Source of the DNA: Candidatus Dormiibacterota bacterium
GTDB lineage: Bacteria; Chloroflexota; Dormibacteria; DASZGP01
Assembly: GCA_035938265.1 (NCBI GenBank)
Contig: DASZHA010000081.1
Location: forward strand, 13,435 to 77,434
Direction of reading: 5' to 3'
DNA: 64,000 bases
In this document: piece by piece, positions 1 to 8,704 of the stretch
Numbering within the stretch: the stretch's first letter is position 1
Layout of the letters: each line of letters opens with the position of its first letter
Notes under the pieces: generated by a model
Seen by the model: only the letters and a program-made list of their open reading frames with translations
What the model was told of the DNA's origin: nothing
Databases searched by the model: none
Made by a program: the position numbers and the translations under genes

Positions 1-698
1 ACCACCAGCCCGCCTGTCCACAGGGAGACAAAAGCCGTGCCGCCATCGGCGGCTACATCGATGGAGTGGAGTGGAGCGTGGCCGTAGGCCGACGGCACGG
101 TCCAGCCGCCGAGCCGCGTCGGGTGCGTCGGGTCGGTGACCTCGATGACGTCGAGGCCGTCGCCTGAGGCCCCGAACATCGACACGTAAAGCAGGACGCG
201 GGAGGCGCGCCCCGGGTCCTGCCACAGATAGAACTCATGCGGCGACCGCGATCCGAAGTCGACGCTGCCCACCTGCGCCGGCTGCCGGCAATCGCCGGAC
301 CAGCGATAAATGTCGAGGCGGTTGGGGCCACCGTTGATGGAATAGAAAAGGACGATCAGCTCGTGGGACGCGGGGATGGCTCTGAGCTCGCGCGGCGTGC
401 TGCCCGGGTGGCGAGGAAGCTCCCCAGCGACCTGCGGCGACGCCGGGTTGGCCACGTCCACCACCAGCGGGGCGGCGTCCGAGCGGCTGCCGACGTAGGC
501 GCAGCTCCCCGCGACCGCCACGGCGGCGTTCATGCCGCGGCTGTCGAGTGGGCTTTTGCCCACCACCTCCAGGCTCGCCGTCGCCGCCGCGGCCGGCGTG
601 AGGGCCGGTGGTGTCAGCGTCGGCAAGACAGCGACCAGCGCCGCCGTCAGCCAGCCGGCTCTGAGGGCGAGGCGTGTTGTGCGGCTCATTGGGGACAT
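1..698 (-). CDS. Secreted beta-propeller-like protein with LVIVD-type repeat, N-terminal part only (gene runs off the left edge)
   Basis: Absent from the ORF track because no stop lies in the window. Hand translation of the minus strand from ATG 698 stays open to position 1. In-frame alternative ATGs are at 704 and 689; GGAG at 707-710 is 8 nt upstream of 698. Product: MSPMSRTTRLALRAGWLTAALVAVLPTLTPPALTPAAAATASLEVVGKSPLDSRGMNAAVAVAGSCAYVGSRSDAAPLVVDVANPASPQVAGEL... It has a signal-peptide-like N-terminus and G/C-rich third codon positions. The segment 'AYVGSRSDAAPLVVDVANPASP' resembles the LVIVD repeat. Confidence 0.5.
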   Translation of the reverse strand, partial: MSPMSRTTRLALRAGWLTAALVAVLPTLTPPALTPAAAATASLEVVGKSPLDSRGMNAAVAVAGSCAYVGSRSDAAPLVVDVANPASPQVAGELPRHPGSTPRELRAIPASHELIVLFYSINGGPNRLDIYRWSGDCRQPAQVGSVDFGSRSPHEFYLWQDPGRASRVLLYVSMFGASGDGLDVIEVTDPTHPTRLGGWTVPSAYGHAPLHSIDVAADGGTAFVSLWTGGLV

Positions 699-750
699 TC
701 TCATGTCTCCAGCTGAGAGGTCATAATTCACGTCTCCGGAGGACGACGTA

Positions 751-2358
751 GTGCGACAGCTGACCAGCCTTGATGCCCAGTTCCTGGCGATGGAGGACGC
801 GCGGCAGTACGGCCACGTGTCGGGCATCGCCATCCTCGACCCTGCCACCGCGCCCGGAGGCAAGCTCGACCTCCTCGACGTCCAGAACCTGATCCTGGAG
901 CGGCTGCCGCTGCTTCCCCCTTTCACCTGGCGGCTGGTGGAGGTCCCCTTTGGCCTCGACTATCCCTACTGGATCGACGATCCCGACTTCGACATCGACT
1001 TCCATGTGCGCGAGCTGGCGCTGCCGCAACCCGGGACTGACGCCAAGCTGACAGACCAGGTGGCGCGCATCTTCGCCCGGCCCCTGGACCGCACCCGGCC
1101 GCTCTGGGAGCTCTACCTGATCCACGGGCTGGAGCGCGGCAGGGTCGCGCTGCTGACCAAGATCCACCACTCGGTGGTCGACGGCATGTCCGGTGCCGAG
1201 ATCCTGGGCGTGCTTCTCGACCTCTCGCCGGAGGGCCGCGAGGCCCCGGAGCCCGTGGCCGCGAGCGAGGAAGAGGTGCCGGGCCAACTGGAGATGCTGG
1301 TGCGCGGGGTGCTCGGCCTGCCCAAGTACCCGCTGCGAGTGCTCGAGTCTTTGCCGGGCGCGCTGCCCAACATCGAAGAGGTCGGTATCTACGACGCCAT
1401 CCCGGGGGCTCGTGAGCTGGCCCGGGCCACGCGCGGCATCCAGCACCGGTTGGGGTTTGGCGGCGACGTCCAGGAGCGCAAACAGGCGGTGCCGCCGAGG
1501 ACATCCTTCAACGGCCGCGTCTCCGCCCACCGGCGCCTGGCCATCGGCAAGCTGCCGCTCGACGCCGTGAAGGCGGTCAAGAACTCGCAGGGCACCACCG
1601 TCAACGACGTCGTGGTCTCGATCTGCGCCGGCGCCGTGCGACGATGGCTTATCGCCCACGACGAGCTGCCGCGCAAGCCGCTGGTGGCGCAGATCCCGGT
1701 CTCGGTGCGCACCCTCGAGCAGGCGGGCACATTCGGCAACAAGATCCAGTTGATGAGCGCGCCGGTCTTCACCAACGAAGCCGACCCGGTGAAGCGCCTG
1801 CAGAAGACACACGAGGCGATGGGCGACATGAAGGAGCGCAACAAGGCGCTCCCGGCGGCGCTGCTCCAGGACGCGACCAACTTCATTCCCCCCGCGGTGT
1901 TCTCGCGCGCGGCGCGACTGACTTTCGCCCTCAGCAGCAACGCCCGGCCGACATGGAACTTCGTCATCTCCAATGTGCCCGGGCCGCAGTTCCCGCTGTA
2001 CTGCGTCGGCGCCAGGCTGGAAGAGATCTACCCCGTCTCGGTGGTCACCGATGGGATGGGGCTCAACATCACGGTGATGAGCTATACGGGGCAGCTGTAC
2101 TTCGGCATCGTGGCCGACCGCGAGATGGTGCCCGACGTCTGGTCGCTGATCGGCTTCCTCGAGAAGGAGCTGGCCGCGCTCCTGCCGGAGGCATCGAAGC
2201 CCGCGCGCGCGACCGTGCCGGCGACCAATGGCGCCGCGCGCAACGGCGCGCGCAGGCGCCGGACGGCCCGGGCCTCGGCGAAGTCGAGCCGGCCGAAGGC
2301 CAAAGCCGGGAGCTCAGCCCGCAGGCCGCGCAAGCCCGCCACCTCGGGCACCGCATAG
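751..2358 (+). CDS. Wax ester synthase / diacylglycerol O-acyltransferase (WS/DGAT) with a basic C-terminal tail
   Basis: 535 aa ORF. GTG start at 751 lies 7 nt after GGAGGA (738-743). N-terminus MRQLTSLDAQFLAMED and the catalytic HHxxxDG motif (HHSVVDGMSG) are typical of the family. Confidence 0.9.
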   Translation: MRQLTSLDAQFLAMEDARQYGHVSGIAILDPATAPGGKLDLLDVQNLILERLPLLPPFTWRLVEVPFGLDYPYWIDDPDFDIDFHVRELALPQPGTDAKLTDQVARIFARPLDRTRPLWELYLIHGLERGRVALLTKIHHSVVDGMSGAEILGVLLDLSPEGREAPEPVAASEEEVPGQLEMLVRGVLGLPKYPLRVLESLPGALPNIEEVGIYDAIPGARELARATRGIQHRLGFGGDVQERKQAVPPRTSFNGRVSAHRRLAIGKLPLDAVKAVKNSQGTTVNDVVVSICAGAVRRWLIAHDELPRKPLVAQIPVSVRTLEQAGTFGNKIQLMSAPVFTNEADPVKRLQKTHEAMGDMKERNKALPAALLQDATNFIPPAVFSRAARLTFALSSNARPTWNFVISNVPGPQFPLYCVGARLEEIYPVSVVTDGMGLNITVMSYTGQLYFGIVADREMVPDVWSLIGFLEKELAALLPEASKPARATVPATNGAARNGARRRRTARASAKSSRPKAKAGSSARRPRKPATSGTA

Positions 2359-2385
2359 CCAACTCTTAGAGTGGCCTAGTAGCGC

Positions 2386-3315
2386 ATGAAGCTCGAAGGT
2401 ATCCACCACATCACCGCGATCACCGGCGACGCACCCCAGAACGTCGAGTTCTACGCCGGCGTGATGGGCCTGCGGCTGGTCAAGAAAACCGTCAACCAGG
2501 ACGATCCCACCGTCTACCACCTCTTCTACGCCGATGAGGCGGGGAGCCCCGGCGCCGACCTGACCTTCTTCGAGTACCCCGGCGCCGCCGCGGGCGTCGC
2601 CGGCGAGGGCATGGTCCATCGGATCAGCTGGCGCGTGGGATCGGCCGACGCGCTCAGATTCTGGGAGGAGAGGCTGGTCACCCACGGGGTTGCGGTGGAG
2701 CGAGAGGGCGAGCGGATCCGCTTCCCCGACCCTGAGGGCCTGGGCCTTGAGATCGCGGTGTCCGACCGCGACGATCCCCCTCTTCTCGCCGACCACCCCG
2801 AGGTTCCCCGCGAGCTTGCGCTGCAGGGATTTGACGGCGTCCGCGCCTACAGCAGCACGCCCGAGGCCAGTCGCGACTTTCTCACCGGCCTCAACTTCGA
2901 AGACACCGGCGATGGATTCGAGGCGCGGGGCGGCGCCCGCGGTTCAACGTACACATACGACCTGGCCCCCAACCTCGGCGTCCAGGGCGCCGGCACAGTG
3001 CACCATGTTGCCTGGGCGGCGCCGATGGACGAGCACGCGGCCTGGCGCCAGTCGGTGCTGGAGGCGGGCGGCCACCCCACGCCCATCATCGATCGCTTCT
3101 ACTTCCGCTCGATCTACTTCCGGGAGCCCAGCGGGGTGCTCTTCGAGATCGCCTCCATCGGCCCCGGCTTCAGCGCCGATGAGCCCAGGGAGCACCTCGG
3201 CGAGAAGCTGTCGCTGCCGCCCGACTACGAGCACCTGCGCGATCGGCTGGAACAGGTCCTCACTCCCCTCCCCGACCCGCGGGCCCGAGCGCGGGAGGCT
3301 GCGGCTAAAGGCTGA
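2386..3315 (+). CDS. VOC-superfamily ring-cleaving dioxygenase (glyoxalase/bleomycin-resistance fold, MhqO/YfiE-like)
   Basis: 309 aa. N-terminus MKLEGIHHITAITGDAPQNVEFYAGVMGLRLVKKTVNQDDPTVYHLFYAD is characteristic of two-domain VOC ring-cleavage enzymes. Confidence 0.75.
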   Translation: MKLEGIHHITAITGDAPQNVEFYAGVMGLRLVKKTVNQDDPTVYHLFYADEAGSPGADLTFFEYPGAAAGVAGEGMVHRISWRVGSADALRFWEERLVTHGVAVEREGERIRFPDPEGLGLEIAVSDRDDPPLLADHPEVPRELALQGFDGVRAYSSTPEASRDFLTGLNFEDTGDGFEARGGARGSTYTYDLAPNLGVQGAGTVHHVAWAAPMDEHAAWRQSVLEAGGHPTPIIDRFYFRSIYFREPSGVLFEIASIGPGFSADEPREHLGEKLSLPPDYEHLRDRLEQVLTPLPDPRARAREAAAKG

Positions 3316-4066
3316 GCTCGTCCCCCACGGCCAGGTGGCCCGGGGCGAGCACGGTGGCGTACACGCCCAGCAGGGCATTGTGGCCCTGCTTCAGCCTGGG
3401 CATCAGCGCCGGCTGGGCTGAGAGGCCCGGCTGCGCGGCCATCGGCATGGCACACCGGATGGTGGGCATGATCACGTCAGCCCGGACGCCGCCGATATCG
3501 AGCTCGTGCCCCACCCAGGCATCCTCGGGATAGTCCCCGTCGGACGCGGCCTCGACCAGCACCGTGGGGCGGAAGCGGCGGATGTCCCAGTCCAGGCCAG
3601 GGTCCAGCCGAGCGGCCGAGGCCAGGCTGGCCTGCGTCAGCAGGTGAAGGGGCGCCAGGTCGAAGAAGCTGCCGTCGAGCACCGGCAGGTCGATGACGTC
3701 GGCAGCGGGATCGCCCTCGGTCTGGAACTCGTAGAACGCCTCGGTGGTGGGCGTGGCCCGCTCCAGGCGCACCTCGCGGCCCAGCCATTCGGACAGCGCC
3801 ACAGAGACTCGGGGATCCTCTGCTGACATCGGGGCCTGGCCGGGCACGGTCACCGACACCTCGCCGTTGTTGGTAGCGGCTGCCGCCAGCAGCAGCCGCG
3901 GCTCCCGCTTGGCGCTCAGCACCTTGGTGGTGGCGACGTCGCGGACGCCGTAGATGCGGTCGTTGGGAATGCCCAGCTCGCCGACCTCGGCGTCGGAGAG
4001 GGACTCGCCCTGCATCGACTTCACCGGGTAGCGGTTGAGGCCGGCCACCCTCCCGACGACCGCCAA
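3305..4066 (-). CDS. MOSC domain-containing protein
   Basis: 253 aa. The N-terminus 'RVAGLNRYPVKSMQGESL' is typical of the MOSC N-terminal beta-barrel. TTG start at 4066 lies 5 nt after the stop of the upstream VOC gene, so an operon is likely. The 3' end overlaps the convergent 2386..3315 gene by 11 nt. Confidence 0.75.
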   Translation of the reverse strand: MAVVGRVAGLNRYPVKSMQGESLSDAEVGELGIPNDRIYGVRDVATTKVLSAKREPRLLLAAAATNNGEVSVTVPGQAPMSAEDPRVSVALSEWLGREVRLERATPTTEAFYEFQTEGDPAADVIDLPVLDGSFFDLAPLHLLTQASLASAARLDPGLDWDIRRFRPTVLVEAASDGDYPEDAWVGHELDIGGVRADVIMPTIRCAMPMAAQPGLSAQPALMPRLKQGHNALLGVYATVLAPGHLAVGDELSL

Positions 4067-4071
4067 GGGGC

Positions 4072-5001
4072 TCAGCCCTGACGCACCTGCAGGTGGACCC
4101 GGTTGCGAGATGGGTCGAGGGCCCAGTAGCCGGCGTCCTCGAGCGGGTTGACCTCCACCCCGCCGCCGTCCAGGCGCCCGACGACGCGGTCGAGCTCCTC
4201 ATCGGTGGGAACCTCGACCGTGTAGTGACGGAGCCCGGCGGCGCCCTCCGGCCGTGGCGGCGCCCCCTGCCCGGCCCAGGTGTTGAGGCCAAGGTGATGG
4301 TGGTACCCGCCGGCCGAGATGAAGGCGGCCCCGAAGCGACGCATCAGGCCCATGATGTCGAACCCGACGAGGTCGTGGTAGAAGCCGAGGGCCTCCGGGA
4401 CCTGGCGCACGTGGAGGTGGACGTGGCCCATCTTCGACCCCTCAGGGATGGGATCGTCAAGCCGGTCCGTCGGCTCCAGGTGGCTGAACATCTCCTTGAG
4501 GTCGATGGGGTCGCGGCCCGAGCGGGGGTTGCCGTCCCTGTCGATGGCGCCGAAGGTGTCCTCGCTATAGACGAATGTGCCGTCCTCGGGACTCTCGGTG
4601 TAGACCTCGATGCCGTTGCCGTCGGGATCCCAGAAGTAGTCCGACTTGGTCATGGTGTGGTCGGTCGGCGACTGGGGGTAGCGCATCTGTCCCAGGCGGC
4701 CGATGACGCGTGCCAGCTCGCGCCGGTTGGGGACCACCACCGCGAGGTGATAGAGGCCGGTGGTGCCCTCCACCACAGGCTGGTCGGCGCCGGGGTGCAG
4801 GACGACCAATTCCTTGTCGGGTGTGCCCAGGCTGATAACGTCGCCGTCGACGCCTCGCGGCGTCAGGCCGAAGACGTCGGCGTAGAAATGCTTGGCCCGT
4901 TCGCCGTCGGTTACGTCGAGGTGGACGGCGCCAACCCCGGTCTCGGGCGCGATCGATGTCGGGGCAGACTGGGTCGTCTCGGTGTTGCGGGTACTGCTCA
5001 A
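4072..5001 (-). CDS. Two-domain VOC family protein (catechol 2,3-dioxygenase-like / glyoxalase family)
   Basis: Track ORF 4072..5358 is over-extended, because its 5' part is antisense to the response-regulator gene. I place the start at TTG 5001, 7 nt after AGGAGG (5009-5014). The sequence has repeated VOC modules (GAVHLDVTDGERAKHFYADVFGL...; GHVHLHVRQVPEALGFYHDLVGF...). Confidence 0.7.
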   Translation of the reverse strand: MSSTRNTETTQSAPTSIAPETGVGAVHLDVTDGERAKHFYADVFGLTPRGVDGDVISLGTPDKELVVLHPGADQPVVEGTTGLYHLAVVVPNRRELARVIGRLGQMRYPQSPTDHTMTKSDYFWDPDGNGIEVYTESPEDGTFVYSEDTFGAIDRDGNPRSGRDPIDLKEMFSHLEPTDRLDDPIPEGSKMGHVHLHVRQVPEALGFYHDLVGFDIMGLMRRFGAAFISAGGYHHHLGLNTWAGQGAPPRPEGAAGLRHYTVEVPTDEELDRVVGRLDGGGVEVNPLEDAGYWALDPSRNRVHLQVRQG

Positions 5002-5091
5002 TCGGGGACCTCCTGGTTCGGTGCTGAGAATAGTCTTACCCAGCGCGCCATTCCCCCATCGCTGGCCCTCCTCAAGGTGCTGTGAGCGATT

Positions 5092-5113
5092 TCCCAGCAA
5101 ACTCACAGAAACC
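5092..5113 (+). promoter_or_regulatory. Candidate response-regulator box A: TCCCAGCAAACTC + AGAAACC (tandem AGCAAAC / AGAAACC, 11 nt start-to-start)
   Basis: Lies 19-40 nt upstream of the RR start (5132). Its first 13 nt are identical to 7306-7318. It overlaps the inverted repeat CTGTGAG (5080-5086) / CTCACAG (5102-5108). Confidence 0.3.
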
Positions 5114-5131
5114 GAGATCATTCTTAGATTC

Positions 5132-5836
5132 ATGGCAGAGGCCGTGGCAGACGAAACGCGCATCCTGGTCGTCGACGACGAGAAGTACATCTCCGACCTG
5201 GTGTCGATGGCGCTCAAGGTCGCCGGCTTCACGGTGCAGTCCGCGGGCAGCGCCCGCGAAGCGCGTAACACCATCAACGAGTTCCGGCCGGCGCTGGTGG
5301 TGCTCGATGTCGGCCTCCCCGACCAGGATGGTTTCGAGCTGGTCCAGCGGCTGCGCAACGACGGTCAGAAGGTGCCGGTCATCTTCCTCACCGCCCGTGA
5401 CGCAACCGAGGAGAAGATCCACGGGCTGACGGTCGGGGGCGACGACTACGTCACCAAGCCATTCAGCCTGGAGGAGCTGGTGGCCCGCATCAGGGTCGTG
5501 CTCCGGCGCCATGACGGCGACAGGCCGGATGGCAGGTCCGTGCTCAAGCTGGCCGACCTCGAGCTCGACGAAGAGGCTTACGAGGTGCGGCGCGGCGGCG
5601 GGCGGATCGACCTGACTCGAACCGAATTCCGGCTGCTGCGATACCTCTTGATCAACTCCGGGCGGGTCCTCAGCCGCGCCCAGATCCTGGACCACGTCTG
5701 GGAGTACGACTTCGGCGGCGACGCCAGCGTGCTGGAGACATACATCAGCTACCTGCGCCACAAGGTCGACAAGGTCGAGCCACCCCTGATTCACACCGTC
5801 CGCGGCGTCGGATACGTGCTGCGGCTGCCGCGGTAG
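5132..5836 (+). CDS. OmpR/PhoB-family response regulator (REC + winged-helix)
   Basis: Track ORF 4892..5836 trimmed to ATG 5132 (MAEAVADETRILVVDDE...). Receiver motifs are VVDDE and LDVGLPDQDG. The C-terminal winged helix reads LTRTEFRLLRYLL...VRGVGYVLR. Confidence 0.9.
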   Translation: MAEAVADETRILVVDDEKYISDLVSMALKVAGFTVQSAGSAREARNTINEFRPALVVLDVGLPDQDGFELVQRLRNDGQKVPVIFLTARDATEEKIHGLTVGGDDYVTKPFSLEELVARIRVVLRRHDGDRPDGRSVLKLADLELDEEAYEVRRGGGRIDLTRTEFRLLRYLLINSGRVLSRAQILDHVWEYDFGGDASVLETYISYLRHKVDKVEPPLIHTVRGVGYVLRLPR

Positions 5837-5839
5837 GCG

Positions 5840-7321
5840 ATGTCCCTTCGCCTGCGGCTGCTGGTCGCGCTGGTGCCTCTCTTCGTCCTCGGCCTGGCGG
5901 CCGCCGACGTCGCCACCTACGCGTCGCTGCAGCAGTTCCAGCTCCAGCGCGTCGACCAGCAGGTGATCGCCGCCCACGTCGCCGTGGAGAGCTACCTCAA
6001 TAGCTCTGTCTACGGCAACGAGCGCGGTCCCACCAGCCCCGACGGCCCCGGCGGCGGGCCCCCGGGGCCATCGTCGCCGTCATTCCCCCAGGGCACCTAC
6101 GGCGAGCTGCGATCACCCAGCGGGACCGTTCTCAAGAGCCAGTCCTTCAACTTCGGCACCAGCAGCACGGAGTCGCATCCCAACCTGCCCTCGAGCCTGA
6201 AGCCGGGGACCCAGTCGTCGCCCAACCTCCTGACGGTCAGCGGCACCGGCGGCATCAGCCACTACCGCGTCTATGTCGACACCGTCAACAACAGCTCCGG
6301 CGACATCGTCATCACCGCCTTCCCCCTGGACGACGTCAACGCCACCCTGACCCAGCTGCTGCTGCTGGAGCTCGCGGTCAGCGGCGGGGTCACGCTGGTG
6401 CTGGCGCTGGCGGCGATGGTGATCGTCCGCCGCAGCCTGCGGCCGCTGGAGGAGATGGGCGATACCGCCCGAACGGTCGTCACTGAAGGGCTGCACCAGC
6501 GGGTCACGCCGGCCACCGAGCGCACCGAGGTGGGACGCCTGGGATTGGCCCTGAACACCATGTTCGAGGAGCTGGAGCAGGCCTTCGCAGCTCGCGACGC
6601 CAGCGAGCAGCGCCTGCGCCAGTTCATTTCCGACGCCTCCCACGAGCTGCGCACGCCCTTGACCTCGATGCGCGGCTACGCCGAGCTGCTCCGACGCGAG
6701 CCCGAGATGGAGCACGAGGACATCGGCACGGCGGCCCGCCGAATCGAAGGTGAGGCAAGCCGGCTGGGCGTGCTGGTCGACGACCTCCTCCTGCTGGCTC
6801 GCCTCGACCAGGGCAGGGCGCTGGAGCAAACCCGGGTCGACCTCGAGGCCCTGGTCATTGACGCCTGCGCCGACGCCCGGGTGGTCGACCCCGGCCGTGC
6901 CATCTCGGCCCAGGTGATGGCGCCCCTGGCGGTGATCGGCGACGACATGCGGCTGCGCCAGGTGCTCAGCAACCTGCTCAAGAACGCCCTGGTGCACACC
7001 CCGGCGGGAACCCCGATCGACGTCAGCCTGCGTCCCGAGGACGGCTTCGCCGTAATCGAGGTGGTCGACCACGGCCCCGGCATCCCCACGGCCGAGGCCG
7101 ACAAGATCTTCGAGCGCTTCCATCGGTCCGACCCCGAGCAGAGCCGCGACCGTGGCGGCAGCGGCCTCGGGCTCAGCATCGTCGCCGCCGTCACCGCGGC
7201 CCACCGCGGCCGCGTGTCGGTGGTGCCCACGCCTGGCGGAGGCGCCACCTTCCGCATCGAGCTACCTCTGACCGCCGACTCCGACCCGGCGGCCCAGAAC
7301 GGATCTCCCAGCAAACTCTGA
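5840..7321 (+). CDS. Sensor histidine kinase (2 TM, P/G/S-rich extracytoplasmic loop, HAMP, HisKA, HATPase_c)
   Basis: 493 aa, starting 3 nt after the RR stop. H-box SHELRTPLTSMRGY, N-box LLKNALVHT, G1 DHGPGIP, G2 GGSGLGLSIV. Confidence 0.9.
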   Translation: MSLRLRLLVALVPLFVLGLAAADVATYASLQQFQLQRVDQQVIAAHVAVESYLNSSVYGNERGPTSPDGPGGGPPGPSSPSFPQGTYGELRSPSGTVLKSQSFNFGTSSTESHPNLPSSLKPGTQSSPNLLTVSGTGGISHYRVYVDTVNNSSGDIVITAFPLDDVNATLTQLLLLELAVSGGVTLVLALAAMVIVRRSLRPLEEMGDTARTVVTEGLHQRVTPATERTEVGRLGLALNTMFEELEQAFAARDASEQRLRQFISDASHELRTPLTSMRGYAELLRREPEMEHEDIGTAARRIEGEASRLGVLVDDLLLLARLDQGRALEQTRVDLEALVIDACADARVVDPGRAISAQVMAPLAVIGDDMRLRQVLSNLLKNALVHTPAGTPIDVSLRPEDGFAVIEVVDHGPGIPTAEADKIFERFHRSDPEQSRDRGGSGLGLSIVAAVTAAHRGRVSVVPTPGGGATFRIELPLTADSDPAAQNGSPSKL

Positions 7322-7329
7322 GCAAAACC
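7306..7329 (+). promoter_or_regulatory. Candidate response-regulator box B: TCCCAGCAAACTC TG AGCAAAACC (tandem AGCAAAC / AGCAAAAC, 11 nt start-to-start)
   Basis: Spans the HK stop codon (7319-7321) and lies 27-50 nt upstream of ATG 7356. Its 13 nt core is identical to 5092-5104. Confidence 0.3.
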
Positions 7330-7355
7330 TGAAGGCGGTGTGAGGCTGGAGCGCG

Positions 7356-7694
7356 ATGCTGTGGATCATGAACAACGACGACATTCGACAGCAGAGGGCC
7401 CGGGCCGTCGCCGCCGCCAGGGCTCGGCTGGGGCGGTTCAAGGTCGGCGCCGCCGCGCTCAGCGTCCTGACCTTCGGCGGCCTCAGCGCGGGCATCGCGG
7501 CGGGCGCGGTCTCGGCTACCACCGCCACCGCGGCGAACACCGCGCCATCCACGGCCACATCGACCAGCAGCCCCAACCCGGCGGCCACAGGCGCGGCCAC
7601 GTCCAGCAGCGCGGGCTCGAGCAGCACGTCCTCATCCAGCGCGACGTCCTCCAGCTCCAGCCAGCCAGCCAAGATCGTGTCCGCCCAGTCGTGA
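7356..7694 (+). CDS. Membrane-anchored, Ser/Thr/Ala-rich low-complexity extracytoplasmic protein
   Basis: 112 aa with a basic N-terminus, one hydrophobic anchor (AAALSVLTFGGLSAGIAAGAV) and about 65 aa of S/T/A-rich sequence. Third codon positions are strongly G/C, which supports coding. The stop TGA (7692-7694) overlaps a GTG at 7691 in the ApbE frame. Confidence 0.55.
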   Translation: MLWIMNNDDIRQQRARAVAAARARLGRFKVGAAALSVLTFGGLSAGIAAGAVSATTATAANTAPSTATSTSSPNPAATGAATSSSAGSSSTSSSSATSSSSSQPAKIVSAQS

Positions 7695-8704
7695 GGTTCC
7701 GAATCAATTCCACCCCCCTCCGGCTGAAGCCCTCCCCCGCCCCTCCGCCGAGGGCTGTGGAAGAAATCTCTGGTGAGACCTTCCACGGCTTCGGCACAAC
7801 GGTGGGGGCATGGGCCACAGACCCCGGCCTGGTGACCCGCCTCGACCACTTCATGCGGGCCTGGGTGGAGACCGTGGAAGCAGCCTGCAGCCGCTTCCGA
7901 GAGGACAGCGACATCTCCCGCGCCAACGCCGCCGCCGGGAGGCCCGTCCGGGTCAGCCCGACCCTGCTACAGGCGGCCGACGCGGCGGTGGCGATGGCCG
8001 AGCTGACCGGCGGCCTCTGTGACCCGACCGTCGGCGAAGCCGTGATCAACGCCGGTTACGACCGCACCTTCGAGGCGATCGTCGCCGAGGGCCCCGGGCC
8101 CGAAGGCCCGGCGCGCGGCGGCGGCGCCTGGCGCCAGGTCGAGGTCGACCACCAAGCCGGCACCATCACCATCCCCGCCGGCTACCGCCTCGACCTTGGC
8201 GGCAGCGCCAAGGGCTGGGCCGTCGACTCCGCGCTGGCCACCCTGGAGCGCTCCATCCTGGCCGAGAACCCCGGCGCCGGCATCTGCATCAGCGCCGGGG
8301 GCGACCTGGGCGTGGCGGGTCGGGCGCCGGAAACGGGCTGGCCGGTGACCGTGCGCGAGCGGCTGGACGGCGAAGACCATGGCACCGAGGTCTTCCTGGC
8401 CCGCGGCGCGGTCGCCACCAGCGGCGCCACCGCCCGCCGCTGGCGGCGTGGCGAGGTCACCGGCCACCACATCATCGACCCCCGCTCCGGCCGTCCGGGC
8501 AGCAGCCACTGGAGCCTGGTCACCGTCTTCAGCGATAGCTGCCTGCTGTCCGACGTGGCCGCCACCACCGCCTGGCTGCTCGACGGCGAGGCCGAGGCCT
8601 GGCTGGGCGACCACCGCCTTGGCGCCCGGTTGGTTGACGACGGGGGCGCCATCACCGTGGTTGGCGACCTCGGCGCCTGGCTCACCGGCGCGATCCTGGC
8701 ATGA
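7691..8704 (+). CDS. apbE: FAD:protein FMN transferase (ApbE family)
   Basis: Track ORF 7340..8704 trimmed. The start is either GTG 7691 (GTGA overlap with the upstream stop) or GTG 7757. Motifs: FHGFGTTV, ISRAN, LDLGGSAKGWAVD, VATSG. Confidence 0.8.
   Translation: MRFRINSTPLRLKPSPAPPPRAVEEISGETFHGFGTTVGAWATDPGLVTRLDHFMRAWVETVEAACSRFREDSDISRANAAAGRPVRVSPTLLQAADAAVAMAELTGGLCDPTVGEAVINAGYDRTFEAIVAEGPGPEGPARGGGAWRQVEVDHQAGTITIPAGYRLDLGGSAKGWAVDSALATLERSILAENPGAGICISAGGDLGVAGRAPETGWPVTVRERLDGEDHGTEVFLARGAVATSGATARRWRRGEVTGHHIIDPRSGRPGSSHWSLVTVFSDSCLLSDVAATTAWLLDGEAEAWLGDHRLGARLVDDGGAITVVGDLGAWLTGAILA

Noticed and set aside
721-1812. 363-aa minus-strand ORF opposite the WS/DGAT gene, plus similar long antisense ORFs at 4093..5085, 6113..7204, 17418..18836, 20433..21632, 23276..24583, 25063..26046, 26745..27824, 27854..29005, 36058..37275, 41360..42457, 43151..44296, 45939..47168, 51806..53017, 52854..54092, 54089..55441, 55671..56714, 61255..62349 and 62395..63729
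   Set aside because: Each lies opposite, or out of frame with, a gene carrying clear family motifs. Their translations are dominated by R/G/A/P/D/V runs, and their third-position bias is that expected from reading a real gene in the wrong frame.
7340-7690. The 5' 117 codons of the 454-aa ApbE track ORF as an N-terminal extension or hidden FMN_bind domain
   Set aside because: The translation is Arg/His/Gly/Gln-rich junk (…RRRRQGSAGAVQGRRRRAQRPDLRRPQRGHRGGRG…) that overlaps the better-supported S/T-rich ORF in another frame.
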